A stretch of 64,000 bases of DNA from Octopus sinensis (GCF_006345805.1 NC_043025.1:7688001-7752000); one strand, 5' to 3'. Positions 34,970 to 47,403 are shown, counted from the first letter of the stretch. Translations and numbers: made by a program. The notes: generated from the letters alone by a model not told the origin.

Positions 34970-36540
34970 CGCAGAAATGGATTCTTTACGACGACACTGA
35001 ACCTGTCCCGGTTTCTCCTCACTCGTGAGTTTCTCATCAAAAACAATATGATATCACTTCCACAGGGATCAGGAAGCACTCCGTCGATTACGACGACGAC
35101 GAGGGTTCCGGTTGATCCGAATCAACGGAACAGCCTGCTCGTGAAATTAACGTGTAAGTGGCTGAGCACTCCACAGACACGCGTACCCTTAACGTAGTTC
35201 TCGGGGATATTCAGCGTGACACAGAGAGTGACAAGGCCGGCCCTTTGAAATACAGGTACAACAGAAACAGGAAGTAAGAGTGAGAGAAAGTTGTGGTGAA
35301 AGAGTACAGCAGGGATCACCACCATCCCTGCCAGAGCCTCATGGAGCTTTAGGTGTTTTCGCTCAATAAACACTCACAACGTCCGGTCTGGGAATCGAAA
35401 CCGCGATCCTACGACCGCGAGTCCGCTGCCCTAACCACTGGGCCATTGCGCCTCCACATCATTTCCACACCTGCCCTATTCGCCAGATTTGTCACCTTAC
35501 TTACTTTTACTTGTGGCGACAATCACCCTAGGCGGGTTGAGTCGGCTTCTTCCACCACCCTCGAGGCATCTCGAACCATGGCAGTGGAAGAAGTTTCGTG
35601 GGAATATGAATTTCACAAGCGGTTCCCAACAATCCCGTATGTAGAGACATCCTGTTTGCCGCAGATTGTCCGCAGACGCAGGGACAGAACGACCGAGGAG
35701 CCGCCTGTTGCTGAAAGAGACACTCCGAGGCCCTAATACCACTCGGTGTCAAACCAATCCGCCTTGGGTGGCCCTACCAGGAACCGAAGTTCCTGTCGGT
35801 ATAGCTCGGACACTACCCGTGGAGGCGCAATGGCCCAGTGGTTAGGGCAGCGGACTCGCGGTCGTAGGATCGCGGTTTCGATTCCCAGACCGGGCGTTGT
35901 GAGTGTTTATTGAGCGAAAACACCTAAAACTCCACGAGGCTCCGGCAGGTGTGGTGGTGATCCTTGCTGTACTCTTTCACCACAACTTTCTCTCACTCTT
36001 ACTTCCTGTTTCTGTTGTACCTGTATTTCAAAGGGCCGGCCTTGTCACTCTCTGTGTCACGCTGAATATCCCCGAGAACTGCGTTAAGGGTATATGTGTA
36101 TGTAGAGTGCTCAGCCACTTACACGTTAATTTCACGAGCAGGCTGTTCCGTTGATCGGATCAACCGGAACCCTCGTCGTCGTAACCGACGGAGTGCTTCC
36201 ACCACCCGTTGCCAGCGTCCCCACCACCGTGAGGAGGGGATGGACTTTGGGGACGCAAATCAGATTTGTCACCCGCAGACTTCCATCTCTTTCCCAAGAT
36301 GGAAATGCAGCTCAAAGGTGCGCCGTTTTAACACGTGGTCGAGATCCACAGCGAATAGCAGAAGGTCCCCTACTCGCTTACGGAAAACAACTTCCAGGCC
36401 GTATTCCAAAAGTAGCAGGAATGCTGTGAACGCTATATAACTGCACTATTTCGAAGGAGATGATGCTAAAACTTAAGTGAATAAGTTTTTTTTTTTTATT
36501 AAACATAACCAGTTTAGGAACCTTTTGATATTACCTCGTG
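34970..36540 (+). mobile_element. Degenerate mariner transposase remnant split by nested insertions
   Basis: After removing the inserts the pieces read WILYDDTEP...REFLIKNNMISLPHLPYSPDLSPADFHLFPKMEMQLKG...FQAVFQK...YFEGD. These match the mariner HDNAP and PHxPYSPDLAP catalytic motifs, with stops and frameshifts. Confidence 0.85.
35497..36260 (-). mobile_element. Short RTE-like non-autonomous retroposon (about 375 bp net) containing a family B SINE
   Basis: 13-bp TSD CAGATTTGTCACC (35484-35496 / 36261-36273). (AGTA)-type tail at the 35497 end. The minus-strand head contains GAGCTATACCG...GTAGGGCCACCCAAGG, reminiscent of RTE/BovB 5' regions (recalled similarity). Confidence 0.7.
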
Positions 36541-36552
36541 CATGTGTATGTA

Positions 36553-36593
<41 letters not shown>

Positions 36594-36595
<2 letters not shown>

Positions 36596-36720
36596 CTGTG
36601 GGAGGGGCTTCCTTGCCCGGATTGGCCTCACCAGCCACCTCCGGTCTCATGGCGCCAGTTCCATCAGATGATGTCAGTTGGTCATCTTCGAACCGAAGGA
36701 CGAACATTATTATTATTATC
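36594..36720 (+). mobile_element. RTE LINE extreme 3' end
   Basis: SCGRGFLARIGLTSHLRSH (the RTE terminal C/H motif), followed by a short 3' UTR and an (ATT)n tail. Confidence 0.75.
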
Positions 36721-36940
36721 TATCATATAGCTAATCCAAACATTAAAACACCAAGAGAAAACACAACAACGCGAGGACGTGGAACAAGTATAGTGTTATT
36801 AGACGCTCAAGAAAGGAAAGAAAGGAGGAGGATTTAACGTTTCGAGCGGTGCTCTTCGTTAGAAACATAGGAATAGGAAAGATCCAAGGAAGGAAAGACG
36901 GAGGAAAAAATCGCCAACGGTACACACGCGGTCACATATA
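36720..36940 (-). mobile_element. Short Penelope-like-derived repeat carrying a hammerhead-like core
   Basis: The same repeat occurs on the + strand at about 43110-43300 and 43615-43800. A sister subfamily lies at about 19410-19520 and 44750-44950. Confidence 0.55.
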
Positions 36941-37235
36941 TGTATATATATATATATATTATAATAATAATAATAGTGAGTATAACTCCAAACTTACAGG
37001 GAGAAATTCAATTTAGTATTAAATCGTATTTCACAATATAAATACATAATATATATAAATTAGAGGCGCAGGAGTGGCTGTGTGGTAAGTAGCTTGCTAA
37101 CCAACCACAGGGTTGCGGGTTCAGGCCCACTGCGTGGCATCTTGGGCAAGTGTCTTCTGCTATAGCCCCGGGCCGACCAATGCCTTGTGAGTGGATTTGG
37201 TAGACGGAAACTGAATGAAGCCTGTCGTATATATG

Positions 37236-37268
<33 letters not shown>

Positions 37269-37617
37269 GTGTGTCTGTGTTTGTTTGTCTGTGTTTGTTC
37301 CCCTAGCATTGCTTGACAACCGATGCTGGTGTGTTTACGTTCCCGTCACTTAACGGTTCGGCAAAAGAGACCGATAGAATAAGTATAGGGCTTACAAAGA
37401 ATAAGTCCCGGGGTCGATTTGCTCGACTAAAGGCGGTGCTCCAGCATGGCCGCAGTCAAATGAATGAAACAAGTAAAAGAGTAGAGAAAAACCACTATTA
37501 GGCAATTCAAATAATGATAGCCATAAACCAAATCATAAATATAAAATAAAATATAAATTTTTTTAAAACATGTAACTAGATCACAAAATATAAAATGAAA
37601 AATCAATATATAATAAG

Positions 37618-37683
<66 letters not shown>

Positions 37684-38585
37684 CCAGCTTAGAGAAGAAG
37701 AAACGAAACGAAACGAAACGAAATGGATCAAATCAAATCGACGCGAGGGTGCTCAGTCATACAATAGTGTATAAATAAAATATACATACAAACATATATG
37801 TACGTACCTACATCTACAGTATATATACATGCATATATAAATATATATACGTGTGTACAGGACACCACAAATAGACGTAGAACTCAACGAGAAACGAAAA
37901 CGTAAAAACAGCATATTTTTAACAACGAAAAAACAGAGTACAAGAAAACTACACAAGGAAAATCCCCTTCATCAGCTGTCCCTAGTTCAACTCCAGCATG
38001 TTTCGAAGGTGAGGACAGAACACGTCTCGTCGAACTAATACTTCCTGCGAAAGAATTAAATAAAATTCCTTTGCAGAGGGGTAAAAACAAGGAAAAAATG
38101 TGACAAAAACAGAACGTAAAAGCAATACAATTAAAAACAAATACAAAATAAAAATACAATTACAAAAAATACAGTACAAGAAGGTATAGAAACAGGACAG
38201 GAAAACAAATAATGTGGGCCTATAAACCTAGACACACACACACACACACACATACGATGTAAGGATTTATACAATCAAGTGGTAATCACAAAAAAGCCCC
38301 TTTATTGGATCCCGCTACATACCACATAGTAAGTAAAAACGTAGAAGTGACAAATTGATGTTACCATGTTATTCTGTGGATCTGATGAGCTACACTTCTA
38401 TATCTGCATTGGTTTGTTCTCTGAAATCTTCATTATACACACAAGAGCAGACATGTAAAATAAATTATTTTTGTATGATGTTTGATGCGAAACGGCCGTC
38501 ATCCTATGGACATCAACTGTGAAATAAATATATTCGTCTCATACCTACTGACGGGTGCTCTCTCTGTATATATATATATATATAG

Positions 38586-38618
<33 letters not shown>

Positions 38619-38644
38619 ATACATATATATATTGTGTGTGTTTT

Positions 38645-38943
38645 GTGGAGGCGCAATGGCCCAGTAGTTAGGGCAGCGGACTCGCGGTTTCGATTCCCAG
38701 GCTGGGCGTTGTGAGTGTTTATTGAGCGAAAACACCTGAAGCTCCTCGAGGCTCCGGCAGGGGGTGGTGGTGACCCCTGCTGTACTCTTTCGCCACAACT
38801 TTCTCCCACTCTTTCTTCTGTTGGCCTGCTCGCTTAGCCAGCGGGGTAGCGTCATTTGAAGGCTAAAACAATGCGAAGCGCATTGTGACCAGCGATGTGT
38901 AACAACATCTGATAGCCTAGTCGGCCACGGTGATCACGGTGAT
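38645..38943 (+). mobile_element. Family B SINE variant with a different 3' module and a (CACGGTGAT)n tail
   Basis: The 5' part (about 165 nt) matches family B and the 3' half does not. Confidence 0.75.
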
Positions 38944-39247
38944 ATATATATATACTCTTTAGTCGAGCACATCTTTGTAAGACTAGTACTTATTCTATCG
39001 GACTCTTTTGCCGAACCGCTAAGTGACGGGGACGTAAACACACCAAGCGATGTTGTGAAGCGATGTTATGGAGGCAAACACAGACATACAAACATATGCA
39101 CACACATACGTACATATATACGACGGGCTTCTTTTCAGTTTCCGTCTACAATATCCACTCACAATGCGTTGGTCAGCCCGAGGCTATAGTAGGGACTGAA
39201 CCTGGAACCAGGTGGCTGGGAAGCAAACTCCTTACCACGCAGTTACG

Positions 39248-39309
<62 letters not shown>

Positions 39310-39410
39310 TTTTATTTTGTTTCAGTCATTTGACTGCGGCCATGCTGGGGCACCGCCTTTAGTCGAACAAATCGCCCCCAGTAGTTATTTTCTCTAAGCC
39401 TAGTACTCTT

Positions 39411-39510
39411 NNNNNNNNNNNNNNNNNNNNNNNNNNNNNNNNNNNNNNNNNNNNNNNNNNNNNNNNNNNNNNNNNNNNNNNNNNNNNNNNNNNNNNNNNN
39501 NNNNNNNNNN
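39411..39510. other. Scaffold gap (100 N)
   Basis: Exactly 100 N, a typical placeholder. The true size is unknown. Confidence 0.99.
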
Positions 39511-39777
39511 CTTGAGCCATATAGTAGAATTGGGCGTTTAATAGTCTAGTATATATGGTATATATATACACATTCTCTCTCTGTCTCTCAAACACACACA
39601 ACACATGCATGATGAGCTTCCACACAGTTTCCATCTACTATATTCACTCAGAATGTGTTGGGTGGCCTGGGGCTGTCGTAAAAGGCACTTCCCCTAGGTG
39701 CCATGCAGTGGGACTGAACCCAAAACGTTGTGGTTTAACAAAGTGAGTTTCCAAACCACACATCCATACTAGTGCCA

Positions 39778-40177
39778 TCTTTATATATAAAAGTGAGGTT
39801 GTGTGCTGTCTGTCTCCTCCGATTTAGATTCCTAACTACTCCCACATTTTGCGGTGCAGTTTAACGAAAAGCGGTTATCTTATAGTCGTGATTCATATCG
39901 AGTCCTTCTGGGTATTAGCGCACATCTACGATGAGTCTATGATTTAAAAAAAAATTTACCATCATTTTTTTCCATTTTAATGCATTTTTTCGCTATTACA
40001 TAAGGGAAGTAACTCTCTAAAAATGTCTATGATGAGTCAATGATTTAAAAAAAAAATTACCATAATTTTTTTCCATTTTTAATGCATTTTTTTGCTATAT
40101 TTTGGCTATAATTCTCTAAAAATGCTTAAATAGTTATTTCCCTTACAAACCCGAGCAACGCCGGGCGATACTCCTAG
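39778..40177 (+). mobile_element. Non-autonomous Helitron
   Basis: TC start, CCCGAGCAACGCCGGG hairpin, CTAG end. Confidence 0.85.
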
Positions 40178-40559
40178 TATAAAATAAAGTTAAAATAAGA
40201 AATAAAAAAAAATGAAGATAAAGAAATTTTAAAAAATGCCTTATTAGTAGATAATGCAGCTTTAGACACAGTGTGTGCGAAAACAAAGAGGTCCTTGTTG
40301 GAACATGTTTGATCATATGTCTATTTAATAATAGCTGAACATTGACCAAGGGCTAAAAACAAGAAATTCATTGAGAAATTTATGATGTAAATTATTTCAT
40401 TCTAAAAGGGGAAGTTCTATGTAGTTCACTATGTCTAAGTTTATCTTGTGACGTAAGAAAACTTTAAATGAATGTAAACAATTCCTTATAAGTTGTTACG
40501 ATTTTGAAAACAGGAAATAGCTGGTATGAAGATAGTTAAATGTGACCATCCCTTCTCAA

Positions 40560-41900
40560 TATACACTTGTGTATGTGTGTAAGTCTGTGCATATATATAT
40601 ATATAATATATATTCATACATACATACATAAGTATATATATATATATATATTCATACATACATACATAAGTTATATATATAATATATATATATTCATACA
40701 TACATACATAAGTATATATATATATATAATATATATATATATATATTCATACATACATACATAAGTATATATATAATAATATATATTCATAATACATACA
40801 TACATAAGTATAATTATATATTATATATATATATATATTCATACATACATACATAAGTGTATATGATATATATATATATATATATATATATTCATACTAC
40901 ATACAGTGTATATATGTATTATATATATATCTATATTCATACAATACATAAGTGTATATGTATATATATATTATATATATATCTATATTATATATATATA
41001 TATATATCTATATATAGATACCTACACGCCCCTGACACCCAATATATATTTGCGCCGTACAATTCAAACTTTAAACTATGTGAAAGATAACGATTATTAA
41101 CAGCTCCGCGTAATATCCTGGGTGTGTATTATTAAATCTGAGTTACACATAGTATATGTGTTTATATATATATCTATATGTCTGCTTGTGTGTGTGTGTA
41201 TGAATATATGTATATATGTGTATGTATATGTATTTATAAGTATGTATATGTATTTATAAGTATATATATGTATATATGTGTATATATATATGTATATGTA
41301 TTTATATGTATATATATATATAATATGTGTGTGTGTGTGTATATGTATGTGTATATATGAATGTGTGTGTGTATGTATGTATGTATATATATAATATATG
41401 CGTGTATGTATATATATATGCATATATATGTGTGTATATATATGTGTATATATATGTGTGTGTATATATGTGTGTATATATGTGTGTATATATGTGTATA
41501 TATATGTATGTGTATATATATGTGTATATATATGTATGTGTATATATATGTGTATATATATATATGTATGTGTATGTATGTGTATATGTATGTATGTGTA
41601 TATATATGTGTATATATATATGTATGTGTATGTATGTGTATATGTATGTATGTATATATATATATATGTATGTATGTTATTTTATATAATGTATATATAC
41701 ATATTATATAGTATAAATATATATTATATATATGTATTGTATATAAATATGTATATGTATGTGTATATATAATATATATTATATCTGTATGTATGTATGT
41801 ATATATATGTATGTATGTATGTATATATATATAGTATGTATATGTATACCTATATGTATATATACATATGTATATGTATATATGTATGTATATATACACA
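40560..41900. repeat. (TA)n/(TATG)n/(TATATG)n compound microsatellite
   Basis: Direct reading. Confidence 0.95.
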
Positions 41901-42059
41901 TGCACACACACACACACCACACAAGTGAGTGAAGCAGCAACTTCGTGTGTTTCTCCTTTTGGTAATCTAAGCATGAAAGTGACAAGTTTGGCATCCTTGT
42001 TAGATGCCTGCCAAATTTTAACTTACAATAATAATAATAATATAATATATATATATATG

Positions 42060-42097
<38 letters not shown>

Positions 42098-42104
42098 CAT
42101 ATAT

Positions 42105-42406
42105 AAACAATTGCAGGGTGGAATGTGTTTATAAGCCATAAAAAACACACACACACACACAAAAACCATTAGATTCACTTCGTCATTTAAATTTAATTTG
42201 TCAAAATATTTTCATCGCTTTAAGACCGCGACCTGTTCACTGACAAAACTTTGTGCTGCATGAATTTTTGTCAGTGAAGAGGTCGCAGTTGGAAAGCAAC
42301 AGAAATATATTGACACAAATTAAATTTAAATGTCCAAGTGAATCTAATGGGGTTTTTTTGTGTGTTTTTAAATGGATTATAAACACCTTTCATGCTGCAA
42401 TTGTTT
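42105..42406. mobile_element. Older fold-back/MITE-like element, inverted arms of about 150 bp
   Basis: AAACAATTGCAG...TTCACTGACAAAA is mirrored by TTTTTGTCAGTGAA...CTGCAATTGTTT. The arms are visibly diverged. Confidence 0.8.
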
Positions 42407-42458
42407 TTGTTTCAGCACAATCTCAGATCAAGTCACTTGCTATGCAAGTACATCTCCG

Positions 42459-42498
<40 letters not shown>

Positions 42499-42800
42499 AA
42501 GTCGAAATCAAAATCAAAGTGAAATTCGATGACGGGCACGAGCACCATACGAGCGTGATCATTGCCAGCCTCGCCTTACTGGCACTTGTGCCTCGTGCTA
42601 GTAGGGTGCTAAGAGCACCATCTGAGCGTGATCGTTGCCAGAGCGGCTAACTGGCTTCTGTGCTGGTGGCATGTGGGACGCACCATTCGACTATTGAAAA
42701 AGTTGCAAGAAGCAACGAAAATTTAAAAAAAAAAAATAAATAAGTGAGAATTGAACCAGTGGAGTATGTTATATAATAAGGCACTAAAAGAGAATGAATT

Positions 42801-43805
42801 TCTCCAGACCCAATGAATTTTTTTATGTCCTTTTGAAAGTTTGTAAAATTCTTCTAATGTCAACAATATAAAATTCTCACTGGTAAGAACCAAGCTTCCA
42901 AAATAGAGAAATTTGAAGGATTACTTTGGTCCGATGGTAGAAAGCCTGTCATGTCTACAGAAGACATGGGTAAGAGTCTGACGGATTTTTAACTCGTTAC
43001 ATGTTATTCAAAGCTGCATGGACACTTCAAGATATACTTTTCAGAAAAAGAATAGATTTATATCTAATCTGTCTGTCCTTCTCTCCTGAATATATATATT
43101 CAAAATGTGACCGCATGTGTATCGTTGGTGATTTTTTTCCTCCGTCTTCCCTTCTTTGGATCTTTCCTTTTCCTATGTTTCTGACGAAGAGCTCCGCTCA
43201 AAACGTTAAACCCTCCTTCTTTCCTGAGTGTCCAATAATACTACACTCGTTCCACGTCCTCGTGTTGTTGTGTTTTCATGTTTGGATTAACTTTATATTC
43301 TCCAGACCCAATGAATTTTTTTATGTCCTTTTGAAAGTTTGTAAAATTCTTCTAATGTCAACAACATAAAATTCTCACTGGTAAGAACCAAGCTTCCAAA
43401 ATAGAGAAATTTGAAGGATTACTTTGGTCCGATGGTAGAAAGCCTGTCATGTCTACAGAAGACATGGGTAAGAGTCTGACAGATTCTTAACCCATTCAAA
43501 GCTGTATGGACATTTCAAGATATACTTTTCAGAAAAAGAATAGATTTATATCTAATCTATCTGTCTTTCTGTCTCTCCTTCTCTCCTGAATATATATATT
43601 CAAAATGTGGCTGTGTGTGTACTGTTGGTGATTTTTTTTCCTCCGTCTTCCCTTCTTTGGATCTTTCCTTTTCCTGTGTTTCTGATGAAGGGCTCCGCTT
43701 GAAATGTTAAACCCTCCTTCTTTCCTGAGCGTCCAATAATACTACACTTGTTCCACGTCCTCGCGTTGTGTTTTCTCTTTGTGTTTTCATGTTTGGATTA
43801 ACTAT
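42801..43805 (+). repeat. Tandem duplication of about 500 bp, each unit with a hammerhead-like motif
   Basis: TCTCCAGACCCAATGAATTT at 42801 and 43299. Cores at 43177-43211 and 43678-43712. Confidence 0.9.
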
Positions 43806-43826
43806 ATATATATATATAATATATAT

Positions 43827-43917
<91 letters not shown>

Positions 43918-44715
43918 ACACACTACTATAAATCCATTTCAACTGATCTTAATCGGTTTTGCACCGGGTATTAAATAACTTGATATTAGATAATAGCACA
44001 TGCTCTTCAGAGATGGCAGATATGGAAAAAAACAAAAACAAAAAAACTTGCTTTTATCAAACATCTGGTTATTCAATACCCAATGTGAAACTATTTGTTA
44101 TGATCAGTTGAAATGGATCTATAATACTGTTTACTTTGATTAATATACCCACCCTATTGACAAATATGTGAATGTATCTTTTCTGATGATTATCTATATT
44201 CAGTTTCTGTACGTAATATATAGAGTATTACAATGTATATAGAACACTATATGTGGTGTGTATAAGATGTATGATAGTGTATGGAAGTTTGTATATGTGT
44301 TTATGTATGTGTATATGTATGTGTGTATATATATACTCTTTTACTTGTTTCAGTCATTTGACTGCGGCCATGCTGGAGCACCGCCTTTAGTCGAGCAAAT
44401 CGACCCCGGGACTTATTTTTTGTAAGCCCAGTACTTATTCTATCGATCTCTTTTGTCGAACCGCTAAGTGACGGGGACGTAAACACACCAGCGTCGGTTG
44501 TCAAGCAATGCTAGGGGGACAAACACAGGCACACAAACACACACACACATACATACATATATATATATACATATATATGACAGGCTTCTTTCAGTTTCCG
44601 TCTACCAAATCCACTCACAAGGCTTTGGTCGGCTCGGGGCTATAGCAGAAGACACTTGCCCAAGATGCCATGTAGTTGGTTAGCAAGCTACTTACCACAC
44701 AGCCACTCCTGCGCC

Positions 44716-44748
<33 letters not shown>

Positions 44749-44982
44749 GTATATATAGGGAGAGTTTACAAAAAAAACAACAAAAGACAAAGACAGATGG
44801 TGTAGAAGACAAACAGATGTATTAGTATATTAGTATAACGCTCAGGAATAGAAAAAGTCTTTTATGTTTCGAGCCTATGCTCTTCTACAGAAAGGGACAC
44901 AGAAAACAAGGAGAGAAAAAAATGTGTGTAGTGGCTAACAATCTATCATGGCGTCTCTGTATATATATATATATACACACAC

Positions 44983-45018
<36 letters not shown>

Positions 45019-45089
45019 AATCCAAACGGGAAAACAAAAAAACAACAACAATGGAACAATTACAGTATTATTATTAATACATGTGTGTG

Positions 45090-45121
<32 letters not shown>

Positions 45122-46142
45122 CAAACACACACACATACATACATACATATATAAATATGTGCTACATCATCTGCATGATGTTGGCATCACCTTTAAGATA
45201 CACCCAACACTTGAACTCCGTGCTATCTGCCCACAATATAAATCATATTTGCATCACATTACAACAATATGGCACAATTATTTCACCTCAGTTAACCCCA
45301 CTCTCTTAAACGTTACACCAAAACACATTAAAATAGAAACAGATCCCATAAAGTTCAAGACGTCTTTGGACAAATTCCTTCAAAAATCCTGGATAAACCT
45401 CCTACACCTGGATATGTCTCCATAAATAATATCTCTCTACTCGAGTGGGCCATGTTGTCTGTTTCTTGTTTTGAATGACTTTGCCTGGGCCAGTACTATC
45501 AAAGTATCAATATATATATATGTATATGTGTATGTATGTATAGCCTAGTAGAGTTAGCAGTTGGAATAACTGTCTAAGGGATAAGAATATCCGTTCTTAC
45601 TACCGGTATAAATTACCTATGTTTACCCTAGGCATACATATGCAAACATATTATGCTCTTAGGCCACAGCTAATAACAAAATAAACTAGAGTTTATCAGG
45701 AATCAAAGGAGAAGATTCTTGATCAACAAGCAAATTGACTACTATCGTTTGTTATTTTTTAATACAAAACTTTATCACTTCTGACAGCTGTTTCTGCTTC
45801 CAATGTCCCATAGCGCTGCCAAAGAAAATTCTTAGAATAATATTTGTCATATTTTATAGCACATCCGATCTTGTACATGGGGCTTCATCAGAGTGAAGAA
45901 AAATACATAGTATAAAAGAAGGGAAGAGGAAAGAAAAGGGCATTGAGATGAGGAAAGAAAGCTTAATATATTTGAATCATACCATTTTGCAGTGTAACGC
46001 TTCAAGTCGTTGAGCAAATGACTAAACTAGAAAATTAATTGGTGGCTTAATCTTTCTTTGGGGGTAACAGGAATTATAAATATATAGGAATTTGTGTGAT
46101 GCATATGGAAGATGTGTGATGGTATTTAGAAGTGAATTTAAG

Positions 46143-46925
46143 GCGGCAAGCTGCCAGAAACGTTAGCATGCCGGGCGAAATGCTTAGCGGTATTTCATCT
46201 GTGTTACGTTGTGAGTTCAAATTCTGCCGAGGTTGACTTTGCCTTTCATCCTTTCGGGGTCGATAAATTAAGTACCAGTTACGCACTGGGGTCGATGTAA
46301 TCAACTTAATACCTATGTCTGTCCTTGTTTGTCCCCTCTGTGTTTAGCCCCTTGTGGGTAAAAAGAAATAGGTATTTCGTCTGCCGTTACGTTCTGAGTT
46401 CAAATTCCGCCGAGGTCGACTTTGCCTTTCATCCTTTCGGGGTCGATAAATTAAGTACCAGTTACGCACTGGGGTCGATGTAATCAACTTAATACCTATG
46501 TCTGTCCTTGTTTGTCCCCTCTGTGTTTAGCCCCTTGTGGGTAAAAAAGAAATAGGTATTTTGTCTGCCGTTACGTTCTGAGTTCAAATTCCGCCGAGGT
46601 CGACTTTGCCTTTCATCCTTTCGGGGTCGATAAATTAAGTACCAGTTACGCACTGGGGTCGATGTAATCGACTTAATACCTATGTCTGTCCTTGTTTGTC
46701 CTCTCTGTGTTTAGCCCCTTGTGGGTAAAAAAGAAATAGGTATTTCGTCTGCCGTTACGTTCTGAGTTCAAATTCTGCCGAGGTTGACTTTGCCTTTCAT
46801 CCTTTCGGGGTCGATAAATTAAGTACCAGTTACGCACTGGGGTCGATGTAATCGACTTAATACCTATGTCTGTCCTTGATTGTCCCCTCTGTGTTTAGCC
46901 CCTTGTGGGTAGTAAAGAAATAGGT
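46143..46925 (+). repeat. Four head-to-tail units (about 184 bp) of SINE family C
   Basis: One head followed by four body/tail units. Confidence 0.9.
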
Positions 46926-47403
46926 ATTTAGAAGTGAATGTACAGGACTAGGCAATGTGTGATGCTATGCGGCAATAAAGTGCATGATATAGTTGTGTGT
47001 GTGTGGGGGGGGGAGAGAGTGAAAGTATGTGAATGCAATGAGAAACACTGCAAAACTTTAATTGCCGGTTCTCTACTGTAAAAAATTTCTGACTCTGTAT
47101 TTTATCGACAACCCAGCATTTTTGAAATTTCACTAATAAGGAATTATAAACTAAGCATAAGTTCAGCATTTCTGATAAATTCTTCCTCTAATGATGATCT
47201 TGCTTTCATTTTTTCATTTTTTTATTACCTACTTTATTACTCATGTTTTCTCAGCTCTGATATAAAACTTTTATAGTCTTCCAACTTCATACTTCTGAAG
47301 GCACCACCTTATGGTTGTTCATTAATTATATTCATGTATATACGAAACCTGTTTTTAATTGAGTAAGAAAAGATAAAGTTGTATGCCCTGGCATTTGATC
47401 CTC

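Noticed and set aside
37955-38030. Circularly permuted hammerhead on the minus strand (GAAACATG before CTGATGA)
   Set aside because: The GUH triplet is missing (GCT) and stem I cannot be assigned convincingly. At best it is a decayed Penelope-like remnant.
38354-38420. Possible minus-strand exon (RTNQCRYRSVAHQIHRIT)
   Set aside because: Weak pyrimidine tract, no recognisable motif and no partner exons.
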